The position numbers and the translations under genes were made by a program. From Fimicolochytrium jonesii (taxonomy: Eukaryota), in the NCBI RefSeq assembly GCF_025526975.1, contig NW_026515671.1, positions 930,001 to 994,000 of the forward strand: a stretch of 64,000 nucleotides of DNA, written 5' to 3'. The notes beneath the pieces were generated by a model. It did not search any database. It was not told the origin of the DNA and saw only the letters and a list, made by a program, of their open reading frames with translations. The stretch's first letter is position 1. Every line of letters begins with the position of its first letter. Of this stretch, positions 63,752 through 64,000 are shown in pieces.

Positions 63752-64000
63752 TGAGTGGGTTCTTGGGGGATGGTGTGGATTGACGTTTCTGTTGGTGGAC
63801 TCTGTTTTTTCGTTTTCATTTGCGGACTTTTTCACATTGTATTATATATACCTTTCTGCTTCCCCTCGTACATGCCCCTTACTTCATATAAAATGGACAT
63901 ACATACGTACATACCTAGATGCCTTCTCTGCGAACAAAATAGTTGCCGTTTTGGACGGACCCACAACGCATTAATCTGAAGTTATCTGGGCTCCGAAGCA

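Overview
Eukaryotic fungal DNA, probably a zoosporic chytrid-type fungus. This is inferred from 60-90 nt GT-AG introns, a Gap1-type RasGAP and a TTC12-like ciliary assembly gene. Three zones: (1) 855-3558, an intact 5-exon RasGAP gene. (2) ~3.9-38.6 kb, a nested, decayed mobile-element island. It holds at least four LTR families (three Ty3/gypsy chromoviruses plus solo LTRs), a Ty1/copia fragment, a PIF/Harbinger-type MITE, a Maverick/Polinton-type polymerase B remnant with nearby virus-like ORF debris, and pseudogenes of an alpha-dioxygenase-like peroxidase and an HNH-like protein. (3) ~40-64 kb, ordinary host genes (GST, EF-hand, OB-fold, TTC12-like, ACT, UBL-WLM protease, CH/DH-like, Ca2+/H+ exchanger). 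Highlights not visible in the ORF track: a cleanly spliceable 4-exon, 189-aa tandem RING-like gene carried antisense inside a chromovirus 3' region (7555-8313); a copia element with a chromodomain between integrase and RT; a 162-bp TG..CA element with a tRNA-Glu-derived Pol III promoter nested in a solo LTR; and Tf1-type self-priming plus a canonical -1 frameshift signal in one element. All protein assignments come from motif recognition by eye; no searches were run. Some frameshifts in repeats could be assembly errors.
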